The notes: generated from the sequence alone by a model not told the origin. A DNA stretch of 64,000 nucleotides from Lachnospiraceae bacterium (GCA_017448245.1 JAFSLV010000028.1:32441-96440); one strand, 5' to 3'; numbered from the stretch's first letter, positions 39,638 through 48,486 are shown. Numbers and translations are program-made.

Positions 39638-41079
39638 AGCGGATCTTTCATTTCATCGCCTGCTCCAACAACACCCTCCTGATGGACGAGTGCAGACGCT
39701 ATATCGACCGCCTCTTTGTGCCCGAAGGATGGCGTATCGAGGTCACGGTGATCACGGACGCAAAGAGCATGTGCGAAGGCTATAACCGTGCGGCTGTCAT
39801 GCACCCCGACGATCCGCCGCGCACGGAAGATGTTCCGGTCAGGATCTATCTGCATCAGGATGTATATCTCATCAACCGTTTCTTCCTGCACAATCTGCTG
39901 ATGATCCTCCAGTCACATCCGGACATCGGTCTGATCGGCATGGCGGGCACGCCACAGATGCATCCGAGTGGCGTCTGGTGGAACGGGGAAGGGGTCGGCT
40001 GTCTCTATACCGTGACCGATGATCCGCTGACCGAAGAAGAATACACCTCCGCACCGGCGCTGACGGAGGTCGCCTCCGTCGACGGCTTCTGTATGGTCAC
40101 CCGTGCGGATATCCCGTGGAGAGAGGATCTCTTTGACGGTTTTGACTTTTATGATGTCTCGCTGTGCTATGAGATGCGCAGGGCGGGCCTGCGCGTGGTC
40201 GTCCCCGATATGCGGCATCCCTGGTGTGTCCACGACGACGGCCGGGTGTTGAGCCTCTATCACTATAATCACTATCGCAAGATCTTTCTGGAGGCTTATG
40301 GACAGAAGGAGGATTTCAACGTCTGCACAGATCATGACTCTGTCAAAGAGCAGCTTCATGGCCCTCGTGATCTCATCTCCAGTTTGGATGAAAGTCTGCG
40401 ACAGATCCGGGAAAGCCTGGGCGCAAAGAAAAAAGAGATCCTGTTTCTTCCCTGTAAGGCATCATGCTGGAACTCCATGGAGAGCCTCTGGAAGGCGGTC
40501 AATGAGGATCCGGATTATGAGGCAACTGTCATGCCCGTCCCCTGGCGATACCGTGATGAACTGTTGAATCCAAGGGATACGTTGCAATATGAACGGGAGC
40601 TGTTCCCGGATTATGTACCGACAGTTGATTATCATGACTATTCGATTGCCGAGTCTTATCCTCATGCAATCGTGATACATAATCCGTACGATGAATGCAA
40701 TTATGCAACCACCGTAGAGCCGAACTATTACGCAAGAATCCTCAAAAAATGCACGCGCAATCTGATCTATATTCCGTGGTTTGTTACGGATGAGATAGAC
40801 TATGATTCCGACGAAAACAATAAGATGCTGTTCAACATGCGTTACTATGTCACCGTGCCGGGCGTGGTGCATTCGGATCTGGTGATTGTCCAGTCGGAAC
40901 AGATGCGGCATGCCTATATAGAGATTCTGACCGGTATGAGCGGGGAAGACAGGCGTTCCGTCTGGGAAGAAAAGGTCCGCGGATACGGTTCACCGCTCTT
41001 TGACCGGAGAAACGGAGAAGGATATGAGGAAATTCCCGTTTCTCCCTTATGGCAACGGATCAAAGAAGACTTGAAATAG
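39634..41079 (+). CDS. StrF-like glycosyltransferase fused to a half-GT-B module
   Basis: N-terminus paralogous to 15136-15828; C-terminus EILFLPCKASCW...HNPYD...LIYIPW. Confidence 0.85.
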   Translation: MKRIFHFIACSNNTLLMDECRRYIDRLFVPEGWRIEVTVITDAKSMCEGYNRAAVMHPDDPPRTEDVPVRIYLHQDVYLINRFFLHNLLMILQSHPDIGLIGMAGTPQMHPSGVWWNGEGVGCLYTVTDDPLTEEEYTSAPALTEVASVDGFCMVTRADIPWREDLFDGFDFYDVSLCYEMRRAGLRVVVPDMRHPWCVHDDGRVLSLYHYNHYRKIFLEAYGQKEDFNVCTDHDSVKEQLHGPRDLISSLDESLRQIRESLGAKKKEILFLPCKASCWNSMESLWKAVNEDPDYEATVMPVPWRYRDELLNPRDTLQYERELFPDYVPTVDYHDYSIAESYPHAIVIHNPYDECNYATTVEPNYYARILKKCTRNLIYIPWFVTDEIDYDSDENNKMLFNMRYYVTVPGVVHSDLVIVQSEQMRHAYIEILTGMSGEDRRSVWEEKVRGYGSPLFDRRNGEGYEEIPVSPLWQRIKEDLK

Positions 41080-41091
41080 GCGGAGGTTCAC

Positions 41092-42333
41092 ATGGATTTT
41101 GCCGATTCCTTTATGGAAGACGAAGTAATAGAGGGTTTTTATGTCCCGTCCATCATGAAGCGCTCCTGGGCGGCCAGCCTGGAACTGCTGTCGATTTTTG
41201 ACGGATTCTGTGAGGCACACGATCTCCCGTATTGTATATATGCCGGCACATTATTGGGCGCCATCCGGCACGGCGGCTTCATTCCGTGGGATGACGATAT
41301 CGACGTGTTGATGTTTCGGGAAGATTATAACCGCTTTTTGAAGCATGTAAATACCTTCCATCCCGAACATATGTATTTGCTCCGTCCCGAAAAAACCTCC
41401 AATTTGTGTCTTACCATGAAGCTGACCAACCAGGAGGATTTTGAGCAGTTTGACCGGGATCCTGTCAGGCTGAAAAAGTTTCACGGATTTCCTTTTCCGA
41501 TCCTAATGGATGTTTTTGCTTTTGACTTGTTTTTGCATGATAAAGAAAAACAATCAGCACGCGAAGAAATGGCATCTGCCGCGGTTTCATGTTTGAAGAC
41601 ACTGATAGATGAAGATCCTGATGATACAGAAAAAGAAGCAATTGAGGGTATACTCCGTATTTCGGAAAAACACCTTCACATTCAGGCTGACCCGGCAGAT
41701 ACCCAAATAGACCGCCTCTTTCATATCCTGCATAAGCTGTGTGATTATCCGTATACAGACAGCAGTGAGTTATCCGATACAGGTTCCGTACTGCTACACT
41801 ATCTGCGGGGAACCGAACGCGAGCTCCATGCGGTATACTGGGGCAAGAGAGCGCCTATACCATTTGAAACAGAATCCTTTTACGGCCCTGCGGATTATGA
41901 CGCGGTGCTCCGGGAATGCTTTGGCGATTATATGATTCCCGTAAAAAACTATGATATACACGGTTATCCTTTTTTCGGCTATTATGAAGAGGTGGTGCAT
42001 CAGACATTTGGAAAAAAATGGATATATCGCTATACCTACTCCGAGGAGGATCTGATACACAGCAAAAGTATGGCGTCTGATGTGCAGTCAACCGTCTCGG
42101 AATCCCTTCATCTGCTGGAGCGGTTACATACACTGTGTAAGTCGGCTCTTGTCGCAGGGCGCAGGGAAGAGGCTCTGCAACTGCTTGCGCAATGCCGGCA
42201 GATCGCCGTCTCGGCGGGTAATCTTCTGGAGAGATCGAGAGAAAACCGTGAAACCGTCCACCTGCTGGAAAGCTATTGTGAGGAGATATACGACTTGCAC
42301 AGGAGAATCCTTGAATATGCCGCTAACCCTTGA
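41092..42333 (+). CDS. licD: LicD-family phosphotransferase with C-terminal helical domain
   Basis: GTLLGAIRHGGFIPWDDDID, MDVFAFD, FGDYM. Confidence 0.9.
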   Translation: MDFADSFMEDEVIEGFYVPSIMKRSWAASLELLSIFDGFCEAHDLPYCIYAGTLLGAIRHGGFIPWDDDIDVLMFREDYNRFLKHVNTFHPEHMYLLRPEKTSNLCLTMKLTNQEDFEQFDRDPVRLKKFHGFPFPILMDVFAFDLFLHDKEKQSAREEMASAAVSCLKTLIDEDPDDTEKEAIEGILRISEKHLHIQADPADTQIDRLFHILHKLCDYPYTDSSELSDTGSVLLHYLRGTERELHAVYWGKRAPIPFETESFYGPADYDAVLRECFGDYMIPVKNYDIHGYPFFGYYEEVVHQTFGKKWIYRYTYSEEDLIHSKSMASDVQSTVSESLHLLERLHTLCKSALVAGRREEALQLLAQCRQIAVSAGNLLERSRENRETVHLLESYCEEIYDLHRRILEYAANP

Positions 42334-44026
42334 CACGCTCATCGAAAATAATCATCGCTCCCTCTTTCCCCCTTCGTTCTTTGAAGACGAGGTGCGGGAC
42401 GGATTCTTTGTCAGCAGTATGATGAAGCACTACTGGGCGGCGCAGCTCGCCGTCCTGGCGGAGATCGACCGTGTCTGTCAAAAGCATGACATCCCATGGT
42501 ACATCGACGGCGGGACCCTCCTTGGCGCCGTACGTCATAAGGGCTTCATCCCCTGGGATGACGATGTCGATATCGTGATGTTCCGGCATGATCTGCAGCA
42601 TTTCCTTTCCGTCGCTCCGGCGGAACTCCCGACGGGATATGTTGTCTGTGATATCCGGACGGATCTGAGTTACGACAACACGCATGCACGCGTCCTCAAC
42701 AACACCGTGCTGGATACGACGCCCGCGCGCATGGAGAGGTATTTTGGCTGCCCCTACACCGTCGGCATCGATGTCTTTGCCCTGGACGGCGTCTATCCGG
42801 ACGCGGAGGCCGAGACCGAACGGAGACTTCGTCTTGCCGATCTCTATGTGGCGGCGGGCTTCGTCAAGGGATATTCCGAAGATACGAAAGAGTGTAAGGC
42901 GCTGATTGAAAAGATCGAAAAAGAAAACGACATGCGGTTCGATCCCTCACTTCCGCTCTTTAACCAGCTCCTGCGGATGCAGGCGATGCTCTTCAGCGAG
43001 GTTCCGGATGAAGGGTCTGATGCGGTCTGTGAGTTCTTTGGCATGACGGATATGCTGATCTACGATCCGGACTGGTTTGGTACACCTGAACAGGTATCCT
43101 TTGAGGGCATGTTGCTTCCCGCGCCCTGCTCACCTGACCGCATCCTAACCACCGTATACGGCGCGGACTATATGTCCCCCGTGCGGGGCGGTGCGGGACA
43201 CGACTATCCCTCCTTTTCACGGCAGGAGGAACTCCTGAAGGATGAAATTGGCTGCAATCCCTACCGCTATACACTGACCGCTCAGGATGTGTTCAGCAAA
43301 AGGAGTTCCGCCCCGCAGGCGGAGATCGCACATCTGACAGAGGTCCTGCGGCAGTCACGGCGCACGATGGAGCACTGTCTTGCCGCGAGCGATACCGAAA
43401 ACGCTGCCAAACTTGCCTCCGGTGTACAGACACTTGCGGACAGACTGGATCTGCTGCTCACGGGACAAAAGGACATCGTCTTTATGATCCCCCGCGCCTC
43501 CTGGTGGCAGGCGCTTGCTCCTCTGTACGAAAGGGCACTTGCGCTCCCCGATATGCGCGTGCTTGTGATTCCCGTTCCGTGGTATGAGAAGCACGCGGAC
43601 GGTTCGAACGGCTCACGTCACGACGAGCGTGGCCTCCTCCCCGCGGATCTGCCGCTGACGATGCCGGAAGACTATGACATCGCCTCTTATAGGCCGCATA
43701 TCATTATAACCTGCTTTCCGTATGACACGGCGCATCGGGAGATCACGATCGATCCCTCCTGCTGCACATATCATCTGCGTAATTTCACGGACCGTCTGAT
43801 CTATGTGCCCTGTCATCAGCTCAAGGCGCCCGCCGCGGAAGACAAGATCTCCAGAATCGCTCTGCGCACGCTGATCGAACAGCCGGCGGTTGTCTTTTCG
43901 GATGAGGTGGTGGTGGATTCGATAGGGATGCGACGTCTGTATGTCGACACGCTCACGGAGCTTGCGGGTGAGGATACAAGGGCGCTTTGGGAAGAAAAGA
44001 TCGTCGTTCAGTACGGCACACTCTGA
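42317..44026 (+). CDS. licD: LicD-family phosphotransferase with helical linker and half-GT-B module
   Basis: GTLLGAVRHKGFIPWDDDVD, IDVFALD; start ATG 42317 after AGGAG. Confidence 0.9.
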   Translation: MPLTLDTLIENNHRSLFPPSFFEDEVRDGFFVSSMMKHYWAAQLAVLAEIDRVCQKHDIPWYIDGGTLLGAVRHKGFIPWDDDVDIVMFRHDLQHFLSVAPAELPTGYVVCDIRTDLSYDNTHARVLNNTVLDTTPARMERYFGCPYTVGIDVFALDGVYPDAEAETERRLRLADLYVAAGFVKGYSEDTKECKALIEKIEKENDMRFDPSLPLFNQLLRMQAMLFSEVPDEGSDAVCEFFGMTDMLIYDPDWFGTPEQVSFEGMLLPAPCSPDRILTTVYGADYMSPVRGGAGHDYPSFSRQEELLKDEIGCNPYRYTLTAQDVFSKRSSAPQAEIAHLTEVLRQSRRTMEHCLAASDTENAAKLASGVQTLADRLDLLLTGQKDIVFMIPRASWWQALAPLYERALALPDMRVLVIPVPWYEKHADGSNGSRHDERGLLPADLPLTMPEDYDIASYRPHIIITCFPYDTAHREITIDPSCCTYHLRNFTDRLIYVPCHQLKAPAAEDKISRIALRTLIEQPAVVFSDEVVVDSIGMRRLYVDTLTELAGEDTRALWEEKIVVQYGTL

Positions 44027-45159
44027 TCATAAATGATCTGCAGAAGACGCTTCTCCCACGTCCCTTCTTTTTGCGCATACTGCCGTCCGCGCTCCGCGAT
44101 CTGCGCCGCCTCCTCCGGATGAGACAACAGATACCGGATCCGCTGTGCCGCTTCCTCCGGATGCTTTCTGTCATAGAAGATCACATTTTCTCCGTCTGTA
44201 AGCGTCTCGTCCAGATATACGCTGCGGTCCGTCACGGCGATCGCGCCGTTGCACATTGCGTTGTAGATGCGCTCGTGTGAGCCGTCCTTGAACCACGGCA
44301 TCGCATTGAGGGCAAACTTTGCCCCGGACATCAGCAGATTGCATTCTCTGGCGGAGATCCGCTCGTGCAGATGTATGCCTTCAAAGTATTGCTCTCCTTC
44401 ATCGTCCCAGTTGCCGCCGTAGACCTCCATGCGGATCCGCGCATCAGACATCGCACGCATCAAAGGCTTCTTATACTCCCTGCGCACGCGGCTCTCCACG
44501 GCAAACGCATACTCCTCGTTGAGATGCTTTTCGAGCGCGTCATCGCTAAGTCCTTCCTGTGCCAGATAGGAACGGATCGCGGCTTCGGTCGTCACCGTAT
44601 CCTGCTCGATCAGCGCGGGGATCAGCATCGCATAAAAGGAAGCGCCCTTGTCCGGCAGGCGCTCGATATGGAAAAACTGCTGCCTCCCCTGGCAGGAGGA
44701 GACGAGCAGCACGTCGCAGGGTCTCTCCTCCCACGGAATCTCCCCGCCCGCCTGGTCTCCGCCGTGCGGCAGAAAAGAAACCTCCGCCCGGGGATAAAAT
44801 CTCCGTACAAAGGACACATGATTGCGGTCGATGCAGTAGAAACGCAATCCCGCAATCGGTGCGTCGAGATACTTATAGAACGCACGCGGATGATCGACGA
44901 GGATATCATGCACCGGCACATGATGTGCCTCCCAGAAATTACGCTCTCCCATGGTGAGGCCGAGTCCCACATTGTTAAACATCACGACCGCACAGTCCTC
45001 GCCGGACGTCACCCACGTGGCAAACTGCTGTCCCGTCAGCTCCTCACCCATCCGTGCCACCGTATAAGGCCAGCCGTTCCGCTCACAGGCTGACATCAGA
45101 CTGTCCGTGAAATAATCGAGTGCGGGAAGAATCCCCGTCGTAAAGATCATCTTCTTCAT
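44008..45159 (-). CDS. CgeB-type glycosyltransferase, paralog of 32883-34061
   Basis: DILVDHP, FLPHGG, FALNAMPWFKDGSHERIYNAMCNGA; TGGTATAAT 6 nt before the ATG. Confidence 0.85.
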   Translation of the reverse strand: MKKMIFTTGILPALDYFTDSLMSACERNGWPYTVARMGEELTGQQFATWVTSGEDCAVVMFNNVGLGLTMGERNFWEAHHVPVHDILVDHPRAFYKYLDAPIAGLRFYCIDRNHVSFVRRFYPRAEVSFLPHGGDQAGGEIPWEERPCDVLLVSSCQGRQQFFHIERLPDKGASFYAMLIPALIEQDTVTTEAAIRSYLAQEGLSDDALEKHLNEEYAFAVESRVRREYKKPLMRAMSDARIRMEVYGGNWDDEGEQYFEGIHLHERISARECNLLMSGAKFALNAMPWFKDGSHERIYNAMCNGAIAVTDRSVYLDETLTDGENVIFYDRKHPEEAAQRIRYLLSHPEEAAQIAERGRQYAQKEGTWEKRLLQIIYDQSVPY

Positions 45160-45194
45160 ATGTCCATTATACCACGGCACCGCCGTAATGCCAC

Positions 45195-45229
45195 AAAAAA
45201 ACCGGGGCACTGCCGCCTGCAGTGCCCCG
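45195..45229 (-). terminator. Rho-independent terminator of flagellin 1
   Basis: CGGGGCACTGC-N5-GCAGTGCCCCG followed by a T-run on the minus strand. Confidence 0.85.
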
Positions 45230-45272
45230 TAAAAGGAGGGTCTTATGATGAAGAGGTTTTTTATCTTTTTGA

Positions 45273-46097
45273 TTAGCCGAGGAGGGAGAGCACACCCTGG
45301 TTGGACTGGTTGGCCTGTGCCAGCATCGACTGGCCCGCCTGCGCCAGGATGTTGTTGTTGGAGTAGCGAACCATTTCTGTCGCCATGTCCGTATCCCTGA
45401 TCTGGCTTTCGGCTGCGGTCGTATTTTCAACGACGTTGTCGAGGTTGGCGATCGTGTGCTCTAATCTGTTCTGTACGGCACCGAGATCGGAGCGCTGTTT
45501 CGAAACGGAGATCAGTGCTCTCTTGACACTGTCGATCATCGTACGGGCAAGGGAACCGTGTGTGCCGGTGACCTTGATGGAGCCGACACCGATCTTGGTG
45601 GCGCCGATCGAGGTGATGTCGATCGTGATCTGGTTTCCGGAAGCGGATTCCGCACCGACCTGGAGTTTCTTGCCGGTAAAGGTACCGTTCAGCAGCATCT
45701 GCTCGTTGAAGGTCGTGGTCTCGGATACGCGGTTGATCTCGCTCGTCAGGGCATCGATCTCGGACTGGATGTATGCACGATCCGTCGACTGCAGCGTGTC
45801 GGTACCCGCCTTGTTGATCAACTCATTCATGCGCTGTAACATGTCATGGACTTCACCGAGCGCGCCTTCCGCCGTCTGTACGCAGGAGATACCGTCCTGT
45901 GCGTTTAAGGAAGCCTGGGTCAGACCCCTGATCTGTCTGCGCATTTTTTCACTGATGGCAAGGCCTGCCGCGTCGTCCGCCGCGCGGTTAACTTTGTAAC
46001 CGGAAGAAAGCTTCTCGGTGGACTTCGCCTGCTGGGAAGTCGTGATGCCTAACATTCTGTTGCTGTTCATTGCCGTGAGATTGTGTTGTACTACCAT
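45273..46097 (-). CDS. fliC: Flagellin (274 aa, minimal variable region)
   Basis: EKLSSGYKVNRAADDAAGLAISEKMR; RSDLGAVQNRLEH; IRDTDMA. Confidence 0.98.
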   Translation of the reverse strand: MVVQHNLTAMNSNRMLGITTSQQAKSTEKLSSGYKVNRAADDAAGLAISEKMRRQIRGLTQASLNAQDGISCVQTAEGALGEVHDMLQRMNELINKAGTDTLQSTDRAYIQSEIDALTSEINRVSETTTFNEQMLLNGTFTGKKLQVGAESASGNQITIDITSIGATKIGVGSIKVTGTHGSLARTMIDSVKRALISVSKQRSDLGAVQNRLEHTIANLDNVVENTTAAESQIRDTDMATEMVRYSNNNILAQAGQSMLAQANQSNQGVLSLLG

Positions 46098-46292
46098 TTT
46101 GTTTTCCTCCTTGAAGATGCCTCATCTTCCTGAATCCGTGAGCATAAAATTACCGCAACGGGGACTCTATGCTCTGTCCCTTGCTGCGGTATCGCTCTCC
46201 ATGCGTTTTAGGTAGTTGCGGCATCCTTGTCGCCTTACCTGCAGCTGTATCTGATTGTGTTTTGCAAGTGTTGTTTTGCTCTTGCACTCTAT

Positions 46293-46319
46293 ATATCGGA
46301 CGCTATCAATCAAACTTTA
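46293..46319 (-). promoter_or_regulatory. Sigma-28 promoter of flagellin 1
   Basis: TAAA-N15-TCCGATAT. Confidence 0.9.
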
Positions 46320-46517
46320 TACCCTTCACGCATTTTTTTTGCATAACCACGTGAATCTATGATTTTTGGCACGCAAAATGCTTGTAATCCAATCAGCCCG
46401 AAGCACCGGGTATTGCATAGCCGATAAAAACTGACAGGCGGGCATTGTACAACTGTAAATATCTGTAATCAGCCCGAAGCACTCCGCTGCTGAGGGCGTG
46501 AAACGAGGTGAATTGTG

Positions 46518-46627
46518 CTACCGGCGGCGCAGCCATTGTGCGAAGCACAATTCGGAATGGCTGTCCGCGCCGCTTTCTCTGCCATGCAGAGAAACGCCGC
46601 TGCGGAAGCAGCGGCGTTTCGTGGTAG
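46518..46627. repeat. Multi-hairpin palindromic element (REP-like) that includes the likely flagellin 2 terminator
   Basis: Nested stems CTACC/GGTAG, GCGGCGC/GCGCCGC, AGCCATT/AATGGCT, ATTGTGC-gaa-GCACAAT, TTTCTCTGC/GCAGAGAAA, and a 13-bp stem at 46591-46620. Confidence 0.6.
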
Positions 46628-46659
46628 TTTTGTTAGGTAAGACCCGAACAATCCTAGTC

Positions 46660-47484
46660 TTATCCGAGCAAGGACAGCACGCCCTGGTTGGACTGGTTGG
46701 CCTGTGCCAGCATCGACTGACCCGCCTGAGCCAGAATGTTGTTGTTCGAGTACTTGACCATTTCTGTCGCCATATCCGTATCGCGGATCTGGGATTCGGC
46801 AGCGGTCGTGTTCTCCACAACGTTGTTCAGGTTGTTGACGGTGTGCTCTAAGCGGTTCTGCACAGCACCGAGGTCGGAACGCTGTCTCGAAACGGAGATC
46901 AGAGCTCTCTTGACACTGTCAATCATCGTGCGGGCAAGCGAGCCGTGCGTGCCGGTAACCTTGATGGAACCAACACCGATCTGCGATGCGCTGATCGATT
47001 TGATGTCGATCGTGATCTGGTTGCCGGAAGAGGACTCGGAACCAACCTGGAGCTTCTTGCCGGTGAACGTGCCGTTCAGCAGCATCTGCTCGTTGAAGGT
47101 CGTGGTCTCGGAAACGCGGTTGATCTCGCTCGTAAGAGCATCAAGTTCGGACTGGATGTAGTCACGGTCCGTGCTCTGCAGCGTGTCGGTACCCGCTTTG
47201 TTGATCAGCTCGTTCATACGCTGTAACATGTCATGAACTTCACCGAGGGCGCCTTCAGCCGTCTGCACGCAGCTGATACCATCCTGTGCGTTCAGGGAAG
47301 CCTGGGTCAGACCACGGATCTGTCTGCGCATCTTCTCACTGATCGCGAGCCCTGCCGCGTCATCAGCCGCACGGTTGACTTTGTAACCGGAAGAAAGCTT
47401 CTCGGTGGACTTCGCCTGCGTGCTGGTCGTGATGCCGAGCATTCTGTTGCTGTTCATTGCTGTAATGTTGTGTTGTACTACCAT
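46660..47484 (-). CDS. fliC: Flagellin (274 aa), paralog of 45273-46097
   Basis: Same motifs; 15 amino-acid differences by manual alignment; start moved to MVVQHN. Confidence 0.98.
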   Translation of the reverse strand: MVVQHNITAMNSNRMLGITTSTQAKSTEKLSSGYKVNRAADDAAGLAISEKMRRQIRGLTQASLNAQDGISCVQTAEGALGEVHDMLQRMNELINKAGTDTLQSTDRDYIQSELDALTSEINRVSETTTFNEQMLLNGTFTGKKLQVGSESSSGNQITIDIKSISASQIGVGSIKVTGTHGSLARTMIDSVKRALISVSRQRSDLGAVQNRLEHTVNNLNNVVENTTAAESQIRDTDMATEMVKYSNNNILAQAGQSMLAQANQSNQGVLSLLG

Positions 47485-47552
47485 GGTTTTTTCCTCCTTG
47501 AATGTGGCGCGCACAGCATCCATGCTGTGGCATACTTTGATTTACACTAATT

Positions 47553-47579
47553 ATATCGGATTTTGGGCCGGAATGTTTA
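47553..47579 (-). promoter_or_regulatory. Sigma-28 promoter of flagellin 2; the leader has a CsrA-type hairpin CACAGC-ATGGAT-GCTGTG
   Basis: TAAA-N15-TCCGATAT. Confidence 0.9.
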
Positions 47580-47620
47580 GAGATTTCTCTAAAGAAATTG
47601 TAAAAATTATCAGCAAAACT

Positions 47621-48100
47621 CTACTTTTTGCTGTCAAAATGCTGCGGTGCGATATTTTCTGTGTGGTTCATGGTCTGATAATAGGAAAAGGCCACGGTGG
47701 ACGTCTGTTTGCCTTTCCGGAGCTCCTCCCGGGTCTCCGTAAAATACTTGTCCGCCGCCGCCTTATTGCGCTGCTCCTGTGCCTCGATGGCCGAAGACAG
47801 CGCCGTCACCGTCCGGATCTGTTCCTGGAGGGACCTGATCTGTGAGGCATACCGGTCCTTGTGGGCACCGATTTCTTTTTTGACATTTTCAAACAGCGAA
47901 GCGAACCCCTCGTCCAGCTGCTCCAGCTGTTCGATCAGCTCGCCCTTACGCTCCACCGAGGTATCGAACGCGTCTTCGTCCAGAATATTGCCGCGCGCAA
48001 ACATATCGCGCTGCTCGAGACTGATGCGCTCCAGCTCCTGCAGGATGCGGATCTTCTTCTGCAGGCTGTCCTCCATCATATCCAGATAGCTTTCCGTCAT
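47621..48100 (-). CDS. FlgN/FliT-like flagellar export chaperone
   Basis: Helical, LQKKIRILQEL, ends HFDSKK; follows fliS. Confidence 0.65.
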   Translation of the reverse strand: MTESYLDMMEDSLQKKIRILQELERISLEQRDMFARGNILDEDAFDTSVERKGELIEQLEQLDEGFASLFENVKKEIGAHKDRYASQIRSLQEQIRTVTALSSAIEAQEQRNKAAADKYFTETREELRKGKQTSTVAFSYYQTMNHTENIAPQHFDSKK

Positions 48101-48486
48101 GCCGGTACCTTCAGGCCGTTCTTTCTCATTACCTCGATCCAGTTGTCGCGAATCGCGTGCATGTGGCCGTTCACTTCCTTGACGATCTCGAGGTCCTTTT
48201 TGACATTGGCCTCGACCAGGCGCCGGTCGATATAGGAATACATGTTTTCAAAGTCCTGCGCCACGGGGTAACTCATGTCCAGCGTCGCCCGGAGATACTC
48301 GATGATCTTCTCCGCCTTGACGATGTTGGTATGGGCCTTGTCCATATCATTTTTTCCGATGGCTGCTTCCGCGATGTTACAGAACTTGATGGCGCCGTCA
48401 TAGAGCATCAGCGTCAACTCGGCGGGCGATGCCGCCATGACCTTGTTGTTTGCATACTGCGCGTATGCGTTGGCTGTTGCTGTCAT
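48097..48486 (-). CDS. fliS: Flagellar chaperone FliS
   Basis: ASPAELTLMLYDGAIKF, KAEKII. Confidence 0.95.
   Translation of the reverse strand: MTATANAYAQYANNKVMAASPAELTLMLYDGAIKFCNIAEAAIGKNDMDKAHTNIVKAEKIIEYLRATLDMSYPVAQDFENMYSYIDRRLVEANVKKDLEIVKEVNGHMHAIRDNWIEVMRKNGLKVPA

Noticed and set aside
46098-46290. c-di-GMP riboswitch in the flagellin 1 leader
   Set aside because: I could not match class I or II consensus features by eye; GGA hairpins fit CsrA control better. Only an Rfam search would settle it
46420-46427. Plus-strand GCCGATAA as an antisense sigma-28 promoter
   Set aside because: No TAAA -35 at 15-16 nt spacing
46391-46482. 16-bp direct repeat as a mini-CRISPR or att site
   Set aside because: Only two copies, too short, and no cas or integrase gene in the window
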